64,000 nucleotides of DNA, from NCBI GenBank assembly GCA_964106915.2, contig OZ066919.1, one strand, 5' to 3'. Origin of the DNA: Podarcis gaigeae (taxonomy: Eukaryota). This document shows positions 61,600 to 64,000 of the stretch, piece after piece; position 1 is the first letter of the stretch; every line of letters begins with the position of its first letter. A model generated the notes under the pieces. The model was given only the letters and a program-made list of their open reading frames with translations, was not told the origin of the DNA and searched no databases. The translations under genes and the position numbers were made by a program.

Positions 61600-61748
61600 T
61601 CATAGAGCCATAGAATTGTGGTGTTGGAAGGGACTACAAGGGTCATCTATTGATCCCATAATGCAGGAATCTTTTGCCCAACGTGAGGCTTGAACCCATG
61701 ACCTGACATTAAGAGTCTCATGCTCTTCCAAGTGAGCTATCTCTGGCT
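61600..61748 (-). mobile_element. tRNA-Lys(CTT)-derived SINE with CR1 tail (Squam3-like)
   Basis: Minus strand TAGCTCACTTGGAAGAGCATGAGACTCTTAATGTCAGGTCATGGGTTCAAGCCTCACGTTGGGC, followed by AAAAGATTCCTGCATT...TAGATGACCC...CCCTTCCAAC...ATTCTATG. Confidence 0.88.
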
Positions 61749-62106
61749 GTACCATGTTCACCTATTGTAGGTCCAGTCTGTGTTCCAAAGCTACATTTCC
61801 AGAAAGAAGAAGGAAAGATCTAACTTGGAGGCCCACATTTTTTAACACATTGATGGTGGCTGATATGATTATAACAAGGGACCTTATGCTTCATCCTCCT
61901 TTCCTCCCCCATTTCCTTCCTGTCTGAGAATTCATCCACTATCCCAGGTCCAGTGCCTTAGGCTGTCACCAGAGAGAGAGACATAATAAATAATAGTAGG
62001 AGTGAGGTGGTGCCACATTATGTCTTCATAATGTACCAAGTGTCTGTGCTAAAAGCATTAGTAAGAAGGTGAGATATCCCTCCACTGGGTAGTGAATAAA
62101 AGCTCT

Positions 62107-62108
<2 letters not shown>

Positions 62109-62146
<38 letters not shown>

Positions 62147-62171
62147 ACGCGTGCATATATATATATATATA
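62109..62171. repeat. (GT)n-GCACGCGTGC-(AT)n alternating purine-pyrimidine tract
   Basis: Direct observation. Confidence 0.95.
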
Positions 62172-62499
62172 CATTACAGCCCTGCTCTTCCTCAAATTAG
62201 CTGGAACTGGCAGATTCCTAAGAAATGGCCTTTCCCCCCTCCTGCTCGACACACAGAGGTTTTATGCATTTCCAGGAACTGTGGTATTAAACCTGGAGAT
62301 GTTGAAATTGTTGTGGGACTAGACCTGAGTTGTATTGTGCTGAATTTTTCTGGATTTTTATTTTCATACAAATGTTCCAGGGTTGAGTGAGGAGGAACTA
62401 AAATGTTTATGACAAAACCTCTACTTCCCACTTTTTAAATGTGTCTGTTCATGCCCATTCACAGATACTGTACTGCTTTTTCAATCTGTTGCTGCTTTA

Positions 62500-62872
62500 A
62501 AGGTAAAGGTAAAGGACCCCTGACAGTCCAGTCGCGAACGACTCTGGGGTTGCAGTGCTCATCTCGCTTTACTGGCTGAGGGAGCTGACGTTTGTCTGCA
62601 GACAGTTTTTCTGGGTCATGTGGCCAGCATGACTAAGCCACTTCTGGTGAAACCAGAGCAGTGCACAGAAACACCATTTACCTCCCCGCCGGAGTGGTCC
62701 CTCCCCGCCGGAGTGGTCTACTTGCACTTTGACGTGCTTTCAAACTGCTAGTTTGGTGGGGGCTGGGACCGAGCAATGGGAGCTCACCCCGTCGTGGGGA
62801 TTCGAACCGCCAACCTTCTGATCTGCAAGCCCTAGGCTCAGTAGTTTAGACCACAGTGCCATCTGCATCCCT
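62500..62872 (-). mobile_element. Full-length Sauria SINE (Squam1)
   Basis: (AAAGGT)n tail, a B box (GATTCGAACC) near 62799-62808 and a tRNA-like head. 13-bp TSD TGTTGCTGCTTTA at 62487-62499 and 62874-62886. Confidence 0.95.
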
Positions 62873-63339
62873 TTGTTGCTGCTTTAGGTCAGTACAAAAG
62901 GGGACACATCTCTGTTGTACCTGAGTTTACCACATAGTGCTGAAATCACTTTCATTGCCTGCTAGCACTGTGAAGATCCCTGGTCCAAATGTAGTTGTGT
63001 TCAGTGCCAGATCTTCAAATTTTGCCATAGAAGGCAAAAGTCTGCTCTGGCACCCACCTCTCCCTGATTGTGAACAATGGGCTGTAAACCTGCAACCCCA
63101 AATTAAACAGAGGGAGGAAGCCACAGATCCTGAAAAAGTCCTACAAACAGCCTTTTACAATGCTTAATTCTTTGATGCACCTTAACGTCTTTTACAGTAA
63201 TGATTTTCCCCAACCCTAAACCAAGCTAAGCAAGTTTGCACCTAATACTTAGGTAGAAGACTTCTAGGGAAGCCATACCCAAGCTTCCTTGAAGGAAGGC
63301 TGGATAAAGTTTAGCAAATAAATAATTACGTAGTACTTT

Positions 63340-63481
63340 GTCACTTAGCTCAGTATTGCCTGAACAGACTGGCAGTAGATCTCCATGGTTCTCTCCCAAC
63401 TCTATGTGGAGATATGAGAGATTGAACCTGGCACTGTCTACTTGCAAAATAGATGCTCTCCCACTGAGCTATGGCCCCTTC
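63340..63481 (-). mobile_element. tRNA-derived SINE (same family as 38772-38980)
   Basis: TAGCTCAGTATTG...GACTGGCAG...GATTGAACCTGG...GATGCTCTCCCACTGAGCTATGGCCCC. Confidence 0.78.
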
Positions 63482-64000
63482 CCCCTTGTGAATCTTGTAT
63501 TGATTTTGAGGGGCAATCCCAACAACACAGATGAAGTATTTTACTCAGGATGTCAGCAGAGGAGGAAAGGGAAAACTTTCCCTCTCCACATTTGGATCAC
63601 ATTAAGAATCAGCGATTGATTAGCTAATGGGGGTGATTTTAGTAAGAAAATGGCACAGGATTACCACCCACCCAGAGCACTGTAATCCTGAACTACTCTT
63701 TCTGCTGCTGCTGCTATCTCCCACTAGTTCTGGCCCACTGCTCATTCCTTCACTAACTTTTCCCCTCCTCACCTTCCCATGAGCATAGAACAAACCCTGC
63801 ATTGTTTCAGGCAGTGGCAGGTATGAGAAAGGTAGGGGCAGGGTACTGTTTGCTGCCACCCCTAACCTGCCACCCCGGGCAGTTTCCTCCACCCCTCAAT
63901 TTGGGCCTGGTTATGACTCTAGGAGAGAAAGTGGGTGGGGATGCACATCAAATGTATAATCGCCATCTAGTTCCTTCCCCAACTAGGGGCAGGAGTGTTA

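Noticed and set aside
61675-61745. Apparent tRNA-Lys(CTT) gene
   Set aside because: The stems are mutated and it is fused to a CR1 tail, so it is a SINE head rather than a functional tRNA.
1-64000. Identity of the host or neighbouring gene, and CRISPR or other prokaryotic systems
   Set aside because: No recognisable host exon to name a gene. The sequence is vertebrate and has no repeat-spacer arrays or operons.

Overview
Eukaryotic, non-coding vertebrate DNA. The repeat content (Sauria SINE, Bov-B, tRNA/CR1-tailed SINEs, L2, lizard-type L1, RTE, hAT and Tc1/mariner MITEs) points to a squamate, probably a lacertid lizard. No host protein-coding exon could be recognised. The ORFs with recognisable products are all retrotransposon fragments, and the rest look spurious. 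The window reads as a large intron or gene desert with many candidate conserved enhancers rich in HOX/CDX, PBX-MEIS and TCF motifs. The best-resolved structure is a nested retroelement stack at about 22.4-26.5 kb. There an old L1 carries a twin-primed (5'-inverted) L1 and a third L1, and the third L1 holds a 93-bp Penelope-type insert that is mostly an intact minimal hammerhead ribozyme. Each of these three insertions has its own target-site duplication (TSD), and a second, decayed hammerhead lies just downstream. Other highlights are a young 1.5-kb hAT element carrying promoter-like cargo and a minisatellite, a Bov-B with a template-switched 5' junction, and a 29-bp hairpin whose DNA mismatches are mostly G.U pairs (miRNA candidate). 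There is a 260-nt assembly gap. Family names come from motif recognition, not database searches. Boundaries without a TSD are approximate.
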